Shown here piece by piece: positions 47,701 through 59,890 of a stretch of 64,000 nt of DNA. A program made the translations under genes and the position numbers. Under the pieces are notes generated by a model. It was given only the letters and a program-made list of their open reading frames with translations, made no database searches and had not been told where the DNA came from. The stretch comes from Stylophora pistillata. Lineage: Eukaryota. The stretch lies in the NCBI RefSeq assembly GCF_002571385.2, contig NW_019218491.1, positions 45,363 to 109,362 of the forward strand. The letters are read 5' to 3'. Position 1 is the first letter of the stretch, and the number at the start of each line of letters is the position of its first letter.

Positions 47701-49671
47701 AGTGTAAGTGACTTATTCAAACTTTTGCACTCTCAAAATTTGAGAGCATGACTTTTGAACTGATAGTCAGACATTTCTTTATTTGCTCTTCACAAGATGG
47801 ATGTCTTCTGTGAGGATTACATTGTATCATTCAACAATCTGAAATAGTGGATGAAATAGCTCTTAAGGAAAAAGATCAGGATGGTGCAGCACATATAAGT
47901 TTACGATTAGATCTACCTAAAAAAATAAAAATTAGATTGGAAATCTGGAAACCACTTTTTATGAGCTAGAAGAATATTGAAAAAAGGATATGTAGGCTGA
48001 AAAATCAATAGAATACTTAGGTTTTTATTCTTTTAGGAGGGTTTGATTAATAAGCCCATTTTTTTGCCAGCTAGGTAATAAATATCTTAATTGTAAATAT
48101 GCATTTTCTTTGTTTGTTTTTCATGAGATTGTAATGTTAAATAGAAATTTTGCTGTATCATTAACCAGACTGAAATAACAGCTGTCATGGTTGCAAAGGA
48201 ACAGGATCCTGATTCCACTGCAGACAGAAGTTCTGATTCAGATTCATCTGAAGATGAAGTTGTATCCTTTCTATGATCAGAATGCTGTCAGTATTAGTGA
48301 TAGAAAAAAAATTAACCGCATGTGGGTGAATCTGACATAATTAATCGGAAAAATGCTCATTGTAGTTTTTTCCTTTAAAATATAATTAATTTTATAATAA
48401 AATAATTGTCTATGATAAATTTTCCTTAACTTAATAAAATGAAGGAAAATGAGGATGACCTTGAAAGAATGTTGGCAGAACTTATCGAACAAAATGCAGA
48501 ACTGGAGGTATGTAACATTTGATTTTCAATTCATTAAAATTTCATTATGGACCTTCTCACCAAATGAATTTAACACCAATTTGACTAAAATAAGATTTTT
48601 TAAATTTAACATATTTGGGGCTGGATGTTTAGATGAGGTTGTACCCAAACAGTGGTTTTCTGCAAGCAGTGGGCCTTATATTCTCTCTATAGCAGGGTTG
48701 TTTCCATTTAATATATCTCCTTCTAATGCTAGCTTTCAGTCATCTTGACACTGTTCACAAAAATAAACATTGAGGTAAAAGATTTAGTAAAATTCAAGAT
48801 AGTTTAGAGTGTGGTTTTGTTAAACAAGGGTCAAACTTTGTTTAAATAACTGGCCCTTAATTTCTATTTTTAAAACAGCGTAAGAACACAGAACTCTGCC
48901 GCAACATTCATGAGGAAAGAGAAGTTTGTGTAGAGCTCCAGGTACAGATTAAAATTCTTGAAGCCAAGCAAGAGCCACAGACAGATCCTGATCCTCAGGA
49001 AGAGAACACAGAACGCAGGTACTCTACCCTTTAACTCCCACAAGTGATTAACATGTAACTTCTCCCCATGATAATCATACTTTATCCTGTATACAGGTAA
49101 TGAGAATATTCAAACTTATCAGGTAGAAGTTGTTATCATGATCTAACATCAAATTCTGGCAACAAACCTACTAGAAAATGTGTTGCAGCTAGAGTTGAGG
49201 ATTAACAACCAAGATCTTGGAAATTAAAGATTGTTTCACCATCAATTGGTCAGAACTGAGGATTGTGATGGTTCATTCAATAATTCCTGGTCCTTTGTAT
49301 GTGCAATTCATTTTTGTTTTTTCATCACCAATTCTATGACTTAAATGTGGCATGTAAATTCCATTAATATCCATCACTAGGAAACGGAACTTAAAATCGC
49401 ATTTTCTTTTTGACCTTGCATTTTGAGGGACAAAATTGTTTTGTCTAAGAATTCTGACTATTTGTTTGTAAGTACAACACATGAATATCACACTGCTTTG
49501 AAACGATACGTTAAGCTAAGAAAATAGCTGACCAACAATAGCTACATCACTTTTGAGTTACAAACCATTCATTTTCTCCTTGAAAAGACATATCATGTGA
49601 AACTGTAACTGGATTGTTTATTGTTTTGCAGCTCAATCAACACTTCCAGCACTACAGTAACTACTGTTTGA
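40661..49671 (+). CDS. RALBP1: RalA-binding protein 1 (RhoGAP domain + Ral-binding coiled coil)
   Basis: 17 exons: 40661-40776, 42093-42253, 42691-42804, 42998-43075, 43355-43480, 43765-43883, 44812-44942, 45426-45494, 46016-46103, 46403-46465, 46692-46806, 47407-47459, 47632-47703, 48169-48261, 48445-48507, 48879-49018, 49632-49671; motifs KDKGYVAF, VFGVPL, EGIYRVSG (arginine finger), IRELPE, NRMNLQNIGIVLSPT, LWEVQRKVTLLKRKL; the last exon and the 48445 acceptor are less certain. Confidence 0.92.
44145..44389 (+). repeat. 21-bp G-rich minisatellite (~12 copies) formed from the 5' end of the adjacent SINE
   Basis: Unit AGGGATGGTGCAGGGGGGAAC; the last unit runs directly into the SINE A box. 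Confidence 0.9.
44369..44700 (+). mobile_element. tRNA-derived SINE with V-domain-like core and (TAT)n tail
   Basis: GGATGGTGCAGTGGTCAGAAC...GGGTTCGATTCTC head; core GGGTTTTTCTCTGGGTCCTCTGGTTTTCC; (TTA)n tail 44640-44700. Confidence 0.8.
45058..45255. repeat. Polypurine GA-rich degenerate tandem repeat
   Basis: Repeating GAGAGAAGGTAGGGGGAAGAGGAGAGGGG units. Confidence 0.85.
46890..47085 (+). mobile_element. Probable 3' tail of a 5'-truncated LINE (stem-loop + A-rich tail)
   Basis: Hairpin GTAGCCCGC...GCGGGCTAC (46977-47014) followed by poly(A)/AATAAA and a short duplicated AAAGTCAATGTCA. Confidence 0.5.
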
Positions 49672-50828
49672 TATTAAAGAATGTGCAGTACTTGATCTGT
49701 TAATGGATTGGCTGGATGGCTTTGAATGTATGATGGATGATGACAAGCAATTTAGAGGCACACCATGATGTACCACAGACACTCCATGATGCACCACAGA
49801 CCAATTTAATTGTGCAGAAAATGTGTAAAAATTACATTAACAAGTTCCTTGCTTTTCTGATGTTTATTTTTATTAATGAAATTTTTGTTTGCAGTGTAAA
49901 CTCTACTAAGTTTGTGGTATACAAAGTTGCATTAATTTTTTTAGTACTTACAGTCGCTACATAGTTATAACAAACCATAACAGTTCTGTTTGCATTAATC
50001 TTTCACTCCCAAGACTGATGAATGATACCTGTGATTTGTGTTGTCTTGATATGGGACAAAACAAATTTTCAGGACTCGCAAACCAGAAGAAATATCATAG
50101 GGCATTGCAATCAGCAATTAACTACTGGTACCAAGAAATCACATCTTGAGAGTGAAAAGGAAGATATCCTTGGTTTTCTCTTGACTACAAAAATACTTTG
50201 AAGTTTTCTTTCCTTATTGTAACTTGGGTGCATCATTTAAATTTATCTATTATAATTATCTGCACTTCAGCCATCTTTTGTACTGAAATCTTCCAGTCAC
50301 TTTCTTGGCTGTAATTAGCAAGAAACTATTTCTCTCAAATTCTAATTTTGTTGTTCAAGAACGGTGTAGATTTCTCTCTGAACTGTTTAAAAACATTTCT
50401 TGCTGGAGTTTTATAAAAATCAATTATAGAAAAATGGAATTAGCCCTTAGGGCTTTTAAGCCCTAAGGGCTAAGGCCTAAAAGCCTTTTAAGCCCTAAGG
50501 CCTAAAATTTTTTAAAAATTTTGTTAACATGGGGCAAAGCTCTACTATTGTGACTCTCAATGATAAAAGTAAGTTAAGTGAATCGGCAAGTGAGAAGCTA
50601 GTAATAATATTGTAATAATATTATTGTAATAATATCATTACAATAATACACCCAATAATTGTATTTAAAGGAGATTATTAGATGTATTAAATACAAAATT
50701 TGTTAAATAAAGTTATCATTGTAACCTATTACTATGTGCCTCTGTTTTTTTTTTTTTAATCCATGCATTTAAGACATCAGGAGATATATTCCTGTTATCA
50801 GTAGTAACAAATGACAAATTCAATTGAC

Positions 50829-51072
50829 CTGGGCCAGGTTGTTCAAAGCTGAGGATAAGGTAACCCAAGGTTAGAGTGAAATTTGATTTCATATCTGAAA
50901 GCTTTTAATGAAAATTCAATTTTTATTCTTTTGTCTACAATTTGATAATTGGATTTTCTGAAAAGAATAGAGAAAATTTTCCCCAAAAGGCTTTTGAACA
51001 GAGAAATAATGAAAGCTGGATTCACATTTAACCCTAGGTTAGTGCTAATCGGCCTTCGAACAACTGGGCCCT
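50829..51072. mobile_element. MITE with GGGCC...GGTTGTTCAAA termini; relatives at ~39520-39785 and ~61822-61922
   Basis: TIRs GGGCCAGGTTGTTCAAAG / CTTCGAACAACTGGGCCC. Confidence 0.7.
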
Positions 51073-51335
51073 GATCTTTTCTCAAATGCTCAGAGATGAT
51101 TCATTGTACTTACATCAACTAGATTATGCGTGATATGTAAATGAAAATATGTGCAATTTTCTTTTCCTGAGCTTGGAATTAATGAAGTCAAGGAAAGGTC
51201 TTTGGTCACATTGATTTGTTCCAATAAAGGCAGATTCAATGTTGCAGAAAATTTTGGTGAATCACTATGATCCCTTGAAACACCAGCCAAAAGATTTGCA
51301 ACCACAGTGCAGCTACCTTTATCAATTACACATGG

Positions 51336-51786
51336 TTAGTATAACTTCTCAGGTGATTATAGAGATGTGCACCCTCTGATTTGTCAAGGATTGTACCTGG
51401 CGATAATCACAAGGTGGTTCTAGCCAGAACACTAACTTTTAAAATGGCTGCCTTGTGTTTTGTCAATGTTACCAAGGAAGTGATAAACATAATAAGAAAA
51501 AATTCAATTCCAAATAGTACAAATGATTCTACTGAGGTTCACGTAAAGTTGATATCTTTCAAAGAAAGATATCAAAAGAAAGATAACTTTTTTGCTGACT
51601 GAATTAAATAACCCTGTTAAATTTAGTGAAAACTGGGTACCAGTATCTCAGTATCTGGGTTACCAGTATCTCAAAACAATAGTAACAGAATGGTTTCAAC
51701 ATCAAAATGAATTTACAACAGAATTTGAAATCACCTGAGCGATTATACTATTAACAATTACTCACCTTCAGTAAATAATTGTTTAA
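51336..51786 (+). mobile_element. Inverted-repeat + terminal hairpin element with N-terminal peptide remnant (possible Crypton derivative)
   Basis: TAGTATAACTTCTCAGGTGATT / AATCACCTGAGCGATTATACTA inverted pair, terminal AACAATTA...TAATTGTT hairpin, peptide MAALCFVNVTKEVINIIRKNSIPNSTNDST from 51444. Confidence 0.65.
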
Positions 51787-52231
51787 AAACCAACTGGTCT
51801 CTCACTTGTCCACCCATGCATCACATCAGTTTCTTAGGAATTAAATTAAAAACCCTCCCTTAACTCCATTCTATGAATGAATAAATTTAACATCTCTCCC
51901 TTTACTGGATGACCAGGCTTAATACAACAATAATTCCTCCTCCTTTTTCATGATGCAAATTTTGCAACATGGAGCAAATCTAATAAAATATCTCACTTCC
52001 CAAACTGGAATTTTAACATAAAAAACACGTCCTACTCTTAGCAGTCGTTCAGTGACAGGCAGATTTTGTGAGAAATAAACAGCCAATTGCTTATTAATAC
52101 TCTTGTTAATTATTTATCATAAATAAATGTTCCCACTAGTAAGTCACAGCATATCCTTGGGCTCAAAAATGAATCACTTGCTTCTGAAATTATGTCATGA
52201 GGCACTTTCAGTGATCCTTGTAAAAAAACAC

Positions 52232-52418
52232 AATAGAGGTTTTGCATGGCAACCATGTTGCTTGGCAGGAACAATGAAAATATTTTGCATAAGAAAGAAA
52301 ATTTTTTCCCATGAGAAAAATAATCTATTGTTCCTGCCATGCAACATGGCTGCCATATTGCACGGCTGCCATGCAACATGGCTGCCATATTGCATGGCAG
52401 CCATGCAAAACCTCTATT
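52232..52418. mobile_element. Palindromic MITE immediately 3' of the AP1AR stop codon
   Basis: AATAGAGGTTTTGCATGGC ... GCCATGCAAAACCTCTATT with internal duplications of GGCTGCCAT units. Confidence 0.8.
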
Positions 52419-52425
52419 AGGCCTG

Positions 52426-55400
52426 CTACCTCTCACTAACTGACACCAGATCAACTGAAGATGAAAACCCATTCAGGGCATCAAGGGATTTCCCAGCTAT
52501 CTTGGTGGCCTCAACTCCCTGAGCTAAGGCATCCTCCCATGATGCATTTGGTGTGGTTGCTGTGGGAGCTGTAAACAAAAATAACAAAGTGATGAACAAG
52601 GCATGTATGGGTATTTTCTGGTGAAATATACCCTCTCCTTTGGGACAGCAGTACTGGCCACTAATGTGTACTTTGTTTCATAAGGATTCAAACAACGTTA
52701 ACAAAAACTTTGTAAAAAACTCAGTTAAAGCCACCACCATTGAGCATTAATCAGCTGATCCAAACTCTCTAGTGTCTGACACTGTTTTTCATTTGATTTG
52801 GCAGTCCAAATTGATGGGTTGGTCTAAGTAACTGTGTGGTTTATTAGTCAATGAAATATCATAAAATTACGATTAATAACAGCTGTAAAGCAGGTGTAAA
52901 TAAATTCCACCGAAACAAAAAATATACCACTTACAAGTGAATGGACTGGATCCCCCAAGAGATCGAGCTTTTACTTTCTCTAAGAAGGCATCAAAGTCTT
53001 CAACATCAAGCTCAGTGCTAAAAACACATAGGGAAAGAAGCAAAAACTAAATGTTATTTAGTCCAGACTTGAAAGGAAAAAAAAAATCAGAGAAAAGGGC
53101 TTGCTGCCAAGTGGCACAAGTATTTGTCTGCCCCCAGGATCATTGAGTAACTCTAACCAGCAAGAGGTCTGCCCCCAGGAACATTGAGCAACACAAACCA
53201 GCAAGAAGTCTGCACCCTGGAACATTGAGGAACTCAAACCAGAGAGAAGTCTGCACCCTAGAACATTGAGCAACACAAACCAGCATGAGCTCCGCACCTG
53301 GAACATTACTTGAGCAACATAAACCAGCAAGAGGTCTACTAAAGGTCCAGCTGCCAGATCCCCAGGAAACCTGTTCCTGACATAGTAATTATCTTAACTC
53401 TTCCCATAGGGGGAGAATTAACAAATCAACAGGGGTTTAGTGTGGACTGGACTCTTATCGACAATGATATTGGTCAACACAGTGGTCAAAATGTTGTGGA
53501 TTCACAAGGTACAGCCAAGTGAGTCCACACTTACCCAGTTTAGACCCAAAACAACCACACCTTGTAGAACAGCACAAACATGTTCAGGCGAAATAAGGAA
53601 GTGGCCTTTCTTGCCAATGAATATCGCATACCTATCTACACTAAATCCATCATCTGAAAGCCAAGAAGACAATGATGAATCTTCTAAGAAACCTCTCCGC
53701 ACTCTTTTATCCTTTTCTTTTGATGCTTTATTTTCCTGGACAATTAAAAATTATTAACAAACATGTTGAATATAACCCTGGCAGACCCAGAAGTAAATAA
53801 TTAGGCAAGAGGATGCCAAAAGCACCTTCGCTATTTTCCCTTTATCTACTACTAGCCACTGGGTGTCCTTGGATGATTGCAGATTTATATTACTGTTAAA
53901 AGTTCCAATTACCCCTCTAAATTTCAGAAAAATTTTTCATAAACACAACTATTAAGCAGAGAAATCTTGTCTGTGATGATGGTTTGTGAGGGAGAATGTT
54001 TTTGGAGATAATTTCCCTTAAACCTTTCAGATATTTCTTAGCTTCTCATCTATAACAAGATCATCCTTCGCATTCTTTCTGGTTCAAAAACTGGCATATC
54101 AGGTTTTAAATGAGAACACAAGTTGAGACAGAAAATGACTGATAGGAAAAAACTTTGAGGTAAACTTGTAGGAGTAGGTTGAGAGAGTTTGCATTGCTGA
54201 AATCACAAAACCTGCTCCTCTTGCAGCCCCCAAAACTCCAAATCCATAGGTAATCATGCACTGTCAAACCACAAGGTCAAAAGAATTTTCTTACCTCCAT
54301 TTGTCTGGCCTGTTTGGCAACACGAGCTGCTTCTCTTTTAGCCTCATAGTATGCCTTAGAGAACCAATGCATGCATGAATAAGTACACATTCAGATAAAG
54401 TCTTTGAAGAATGGACAGGGGGGGGGGGGGTTGAATGTGAGATTTCAACATAAATCACAATTAATAATAATGTTAGAAATGAGAAGCCAGTAAGTTCACC
54501 TCCTCTTCCAGCCGTAAATCGTCTTCTCTTCGAGATAACTGTGCATCAATTTCTGCATCTAATTTCTTCTGCTGTTCAACCAGGTCATTGTATCTCTTCT
54601 GCGTGATCAGTTCTGTTTCTGTTTCAGTTAAAATCCGTCTGGAAATGAGAAACAGGGAAAACATCACACAGTCACCTCACAGCTCCTGAGGCTCAAAGGG
54701 TTTATTAAGAAAATTAAAAGCAGTTTGCAAAACCAAATGTTTGAGATTAATTTTCACTTACCTAGGACGGGGATTGAAGTCCTCCTGAAAGTTAAAAAAA
54801 TATAATTGGTTATTTCTAGGATATATTTTAGATTCTGTTTATCTACTGAGTTATTTGCAAGATCAACAAATTATTCAACAGAAGTAAAAATTACTTTTTT
54901 TTCTTCAGAGTGACTACAAGTCGTTAATAAATTTCTCTCTGTTAAAATATTTCTTCCTCACAGGCATTGACAATTCATAAGAAAATTATACTCTTATTGA
55001 CAATCATATACAGGACTTAGTTGAGCATTTGTAGGAAAATTCAATAACAACATTTATCGTGGTTATTGTCAATAATTACAAAAAAACACTTGGAAAGCAT
55101 ACCTCATCAATCAAGTTTTCAAACTGAAAAATAAAAAGTAGATTTTCATGATGATCACTATACATTTGGAAGATTTACGGGTTAAATTACTAAGATGCTA
55201 CAAAAAGTAAACCTCTAGGGCACTGCTGGGAATAGTTGAGATTCAGAAAAGTTCTTTCACAGACAAGGTGTCCTAACAGGGGGGTAGTGGGGTCAAAAGT
55301 TAACATTGAAGGCAACACTTCTACAGTAATTTGGTGATTTATGGGGTGAGAAATGGGTTAAGTTTTAAGTGACTTTTAGTGTAACATGAAATTCTTCCTT

Positions 55401-56331
55401 GTCTTCCAATACAGAAGATAAGAAAATTTGTAAGGAGAAGCTATTGATCTATAACAGGTTACTAAACATGAATTTCTCTTGGCCTTTAAGCAAATTGACT
55501 TCAAAGGTTGGAGATGGTCTGGCCTGGAACTCGGTGAAGAAATCAGATGATTGTATGGGGGGGGGGGGATTAGGCAAGAAGGCATCAGAATTGTGGGTGA
55601 GACAGTAACAAGAAGTGGGACAGGTGAAAACAGGAAGGGGAATTTTGAGACAATAGTGAATGAGAGAGGAAAGCAAAATTTGGGTTATTTGTTTTTTGTT
55701 TATGTGCAAAGTTTAAAAGAAGGGGTGGGAGGTAGGATTCAAAGGTACAGGAGGTGGAACACCCCCCCCCCCATTCCCTTTTGTGTAACAAATATCAGCA
55801 GTTCTCCTAGCTTATCTTTGGTGGGATATTGCCTGAGAAGGGGAGGGTGAAAAACATTTTCCTAGTGGATTCCCAAATACAGAGGCTTTTCATTTTTTAT
55901 TTTTGCCCATAAATTGTACCAGTCCTCTTATACTCCCCGTCCCCACCACACCACACTTGACTCTTGGTTTTTTTCATGTGTTGATATAAAAGTGTTAAGT
56001 CAATCAAGTTAGCTCGAAGATTCTGCTGCAAGCGATGAGTCGCACCGGAAATTTGTGCAGTATCAAATTATCTTAGGACCTCCAGTCTTAATCGTAAATA
56101 ACAAAGGATCTTACCTCGATACTCAACTCCTTTTCACTATATCTTGCACGTCTGTAAGTTCTGCGAATTGAGGATGACACAAATATTTGCAACACTGGCT
56201 ACAAAAACACAACAACTGCAATTTTACTAAGGCTATATTACGACTTACCTCCCTCTAAGATGTGCCGGCCGGCGCAATTTCCTTAATTCCTCACTGAATA
56301 CACCCCAGCATCCTCTCATACAGCTGGCCAT
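52426..56331 (-). CDS. AP1AR: AP-1 complex-associated regulatory protein (gadkin/gamma-BAR)
   Basis: Exons 56249-56331 (MASCMRGCWGVFSEELRKL), 56115-56160 (ELSIE), 55103-55123 (FENLIDE), 54762-54784, 54500-54638 (RYNDLVEQQKKLDAEI...LRLEEE), 54295-54354 (AYYEAKREAARVAKQ), 53632-53735, 52935-53017 (EDFDAFLEKVK), 52426-52568; matches the AP1AR LxIEFENL and LRLEEEA..REAAR motifs. Confidence 0.88.
53127..53338. repeat. ~41-bp minisatellite, ~5 diverged copies
   Basis: Unit GAACATTGAGCAACACAAACCAGCAAGAAGTCTGCACCCTG. Confidence 0.85.
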
Positions 56332-56846
56332 TTTGAATTCCGGAGTTTCTATTTATATATTGTAGTCATTTTCTGACGATCTCAGCTGTTGTTGTAGCGA
56401 AATTTCCATCATATGCGTGGCACATGACTACTGATGACTAAGGGTTACCCACAAGGCCATGCAAGCCATCTTTCGCTATGTTCTATAAATTTACACCAAA
56501 AGGGTAAAAAAAGAAAAATAAAACGCATACGTGTGGAGTCAAATGAGAGTTTTTTTTAACAAGTTAAAATTTTGTGAGGAATTTCTTAGAGAGTTTGTGG
56601 TTTTGAATGTCTTAACATTAAAAAACACTCTTCCTTCCAGTCAAACCCCTAAGTGATAATTACACAGAATTGTTATTCAAGGCTAAACACGCCTCTGTAC
56701 AAATATATTGCTGTTCGTATAATTTTTGTAAGGACATTGTATTTCGTCGTATACAACGTATTCTCTTAGAAAGGCTATTTTCCAAGATGGCGTCTTCCAC
56801 GTGAAATTTCGGTTTCAGTCGAACTTTGGAAGAAATAGAGGGAAAG

Positions 56847-57415
56847 ATGGTCTATTTCGACTCGTGGGATGAATTTGCTGCAGCAGTTGAACAGTTGTGT
56901 GTAGCTGAACCGAGAAAGGTTGGGCACGTGAATTAGGAGAAATTATGGCTGACGTGTAAAAACAAAATTATATCTTTCATTTTGTCCTCTTTATTTCAGT
57001 TTCGGTTTGTCGTGAAGTATCGCCATTGTGACGGGAAGCTTGTTCTAAAAGGAACAGATGATCAAGTGGTAAAGTTGAAACTATAATTACTATAAATATA
57101 TAAACAATTTCGACACCTTAAAGTTTCGTTTTTTTTTTTTTTTTTTAAGTGAATGGATGGATTTGGGAAAAATCTGTTTAAAATTTTTTTTTGTTTTGGC
57201 CAGAAATAGACACTGATACGGTGGAGTTTATTTCAGATTGTCTTTTTTATTTTTGAAAAGTCAGGAATAAAGCGTAGCAAAGATTATCAGACAATTTGAT
57301 TCCTCTGTTAATTATCATCTTGTAGTGCCTAAAATACAGAACAGAGCAACAACAGGATATAAAGAAATTAGAAAAACTGAACAGTGTTCTGATGAGACAT
57401 GCTGCGGCCAAGTGA
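56847..57415 (+). CDS. SRP9: Signal recognition particle 9 kDa protein
   Basis: Exons 56847-56918 (MVYFDSWDEFAAAVEQLCVAEPRK), 57000-57068 (FRFVVKYRHCDGKLVLKGTDDQV), 57326-57415 (CLKYRTEQQQDIKKLEKLNSVLMRHAAAK*). Confidence 0.96.
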
Positions 57416-58157
57416 AACAAGAAGCCAGCCAAGATTCATTCACGAATATTACAGCACAAAATATTTGTGAAGAACTACCGTGGTGTGGATTCGTGGTTAA
57501 AGGGCGATGGATCAGTTACTGGCTATATTTATTGTTCCAGTTATTTCTATAATCAAGCAGCACAGGCAATCCTTTGGAACTGCAGTTGTTTGTAATATTA
57601 GGTTGTGCATTTAATTTTGTTTCCATGATATTTTTGTAAATTTGCATTAGTGACAAAAATCTACAATTACAATGATTACAGACTAGAACTAAGAAGTTTT
57701 TGGAAATTTTTGTTGGACAACTAAGAGACAGTAAATACTGGTATATGAAGACCCCAAAAGCTTGGGCTTCCTTTATGGACCAAAAAATGTAATTTTGTTT
57801 GCCTAAACTTCAAGCAGTCCTTCCTTTTCACCAGAGTCCCGTCACACAAGTAAAAAATTTAAGGGAAAACATTGGGTTTCCAGTAGCCGCAAAATCAGCT
57901 TTCCTTTCTATGATTTCTTATTACTCACACAACAGACCTCGCCAGAAAGGAGAGACGACTTGTGGCTGATCTCGTAGTGAAATACAGTTGACCTTTTCCC
58001 TTAACCAAGACAGGGTTTCACCTTACAACTTCAATACAGTATCAAGCAGACAAGTGATGAGAAAAAAAGAAAAATGTAAAATTAATAAGGATATCATCAG
58101 TTGATCCAATACCAAGTTCTCCAAAGTAACATCAAAAAATTGTATGACAGGCAGTAC

Positions 58158-58456
58158 TTAGTTCTTATTAACTGAGCGGGAGGTCTGTATGGGAGAATCT
58201 TGACTGAGGTCGCCAGTACAGACCGAATGCAGTGAGGTCTGTACCAGTGACCGAGGTCAAGATTTTCCCATAGGGACCGACCAAGCTCGGTTAATATGAT
58301 GTTTATTATATGGCTGTGTCTTTTATGCCAATTGTTTATATTTTTTGTACCTCTTTTTTTCTAGATTGGTCTAGGCCGCTTTCAATATTGATTTCAGCCA
58401 ATCAAATTTGTGAATTCAGTAGTTCCCAGTCCTTGTGAGACACAGCCATATAATAA
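58158..58456. mobile_element. Hairpin + inverted-repeat element nested in a ~200-bp MITE (58001-58492)
   Basis: Hairpin ~58164-58300; inverted pair TTATTATATGGCTGTGTC / GACACAGCCATATAATAA. Confidence 0.75.
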
Positions 58457-58760
58457 AAATAATTACTGACAAGATATTAGGAGTGAAAGGGTAGGCTTTG
58501 TGGTCCTCATATTTTAGTGTCCTGATGGATTTGGGGAAGTGGTTCATAATGTTAACAGTGACTAAAAAAAATTCAATGAGGAAGGAATTTCAGAGAAAGA
58601 ATCCAGTCTAGGAACTTCCTCAGAAAGACAATTCTAAGGGGTTTTTTAAGGGAAGGCATGGGGGCTAAGGTTAATCTAGAAAGTAGATATTTCCTGCTAA
58701 ATTCTTACCTCCTACTTTCCACTTCTCTTTCATTCTGTAAGTTGTTCCCGTTTCAATCCA

Positions 58761-58936
58761 TGCCCTAAGAGAGAAGCTATGCCCTAAGGGAGAAGCTGAG
58801 CCCTAAGAGAGAAGCTGTACCCTAAGGAGAAGCTGTGCCCTAAGGGAGAAGCTGTACCCTAAGGGAGAAGCTGTGCCCTAAGGGAGAAGCTGTGCCCTAA
58901 GGGAGAAGCTGTGCCCTAAGGGAGAAGCTGTGCCCT
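58761..58936. repeat. 19-bp minisatellite, ~9 copies
   Basis: Unit CCCTAAGGGAGAAGCTGTG. Confidence 0.9.
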
Positions 58937-59631
58937 ATTTGAAGGTGAAAAAGGAATCCATAGTCACAGCAGGAGTAGAAACTGAATGGTTTCATAATCT
59001 GAAAGTTTCTTTTATTTAATTTCATTGTTCCCTTAGCTGAGTGTCCACTTAACTTTGTAGACCCTTACACCGAACTTTACTAGAAATCTGTACAGAAGCC
59101 ATACCTCATTAAAATACTATCATCAGTCCACTCTATAGCCGTAGTGCATACTAAGAAATTGTTTGAAAATTGTTACCCACTGAGGTTTTGGGTTTAAGGG
59201 AAAATGGAGAAACTTGTGACACATGCCTAGCTTTCTTAAAGCAACAGGGGTGTAAAATATGAATTTTGGTTCCAATCTGGTTCATCAGGATGAAATCCCA
59301 GATGATGTTTCTACTCTCAAGGTAACCTTTAGAATAATAAAGGTAACCTTTAGAATAATATGTTCTGTCAATCCATCATTGTGTGTGAAAATACAAAGAC
59401 AAGGCAAACCAAAAAAACAAACAGTCAAAAAGTCTTTCATGCATCCTATCACCTTGATGTGGGTGTTACCCCTCCTAGAAAAACAGTCCCATGTCCAAAA
59501 ATTCTCCACAGCAATTCTTACTTCTTCCACCTATCTTCTCACATTGTGCTTTGGGAATGGTCCCATTAATCTCCTATGCATCCAATCTCAGGGATGTCAC
59601 GTGTTTCTCACAGCAAGCACAACACCCCAAG

Positions 59632-59890
59632 GGGAAGCAGTGTGGCCAAGACGTTAGGGTGCTGGACTTGTAATCCACTGTATTGGGTTCAAGTCCTCCA
59701 CCCTGCCACTCACTAGATTTGATCTTGGTTGCCCCTGGTTCAACTCCTTGGCTGTGCTCTGTAAATAGCTCACTGGTCTGCCTCCTGCCAGTGGGGATTT
59801 TCAAGCACCTAGTTAGTCTACATTGTAGCGGAAAATTCCATAAGGGGGAGCTTCAATTAGCGTATTTATTATTATTTTTTTTATTATTTG
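59632..59890 (+). mobile_element. tRNA-derived SINE with Meta-domain-like core
   Basis: tRNA-like head (GTGGCCAAGACGTTAGGG...GGGTTCAAGTCC), core GTAAATAGCTCACTGGTCTGCCTCCTGCCAGTGGGGATT, TTA tail; domain name from recall. Confidence 0.7.

Noticed and set aside
56161-56198. Upstream TAG acceptor giving an 84-nt AP1AR exon 2
   Set aside because: Incompatible with the phase-2 end of exon 1 (gives TGA); the acceptor before 56160 restores the conserved frame.
33699-58936. Tandem arrays (32-, 21-, 41- and 19-bp units) as CRISPR-like arrays
   Set aside because: Units are contiguous with no unique spacers and there are no cas genes; these are eukaryotic minisatellites.
59259-59657. 132-aa ORF downstream of SRP9
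   Set aside because: No recognisable homology, contains a 21-bp tandem duplication and runs into a SINE; probably non-coding.
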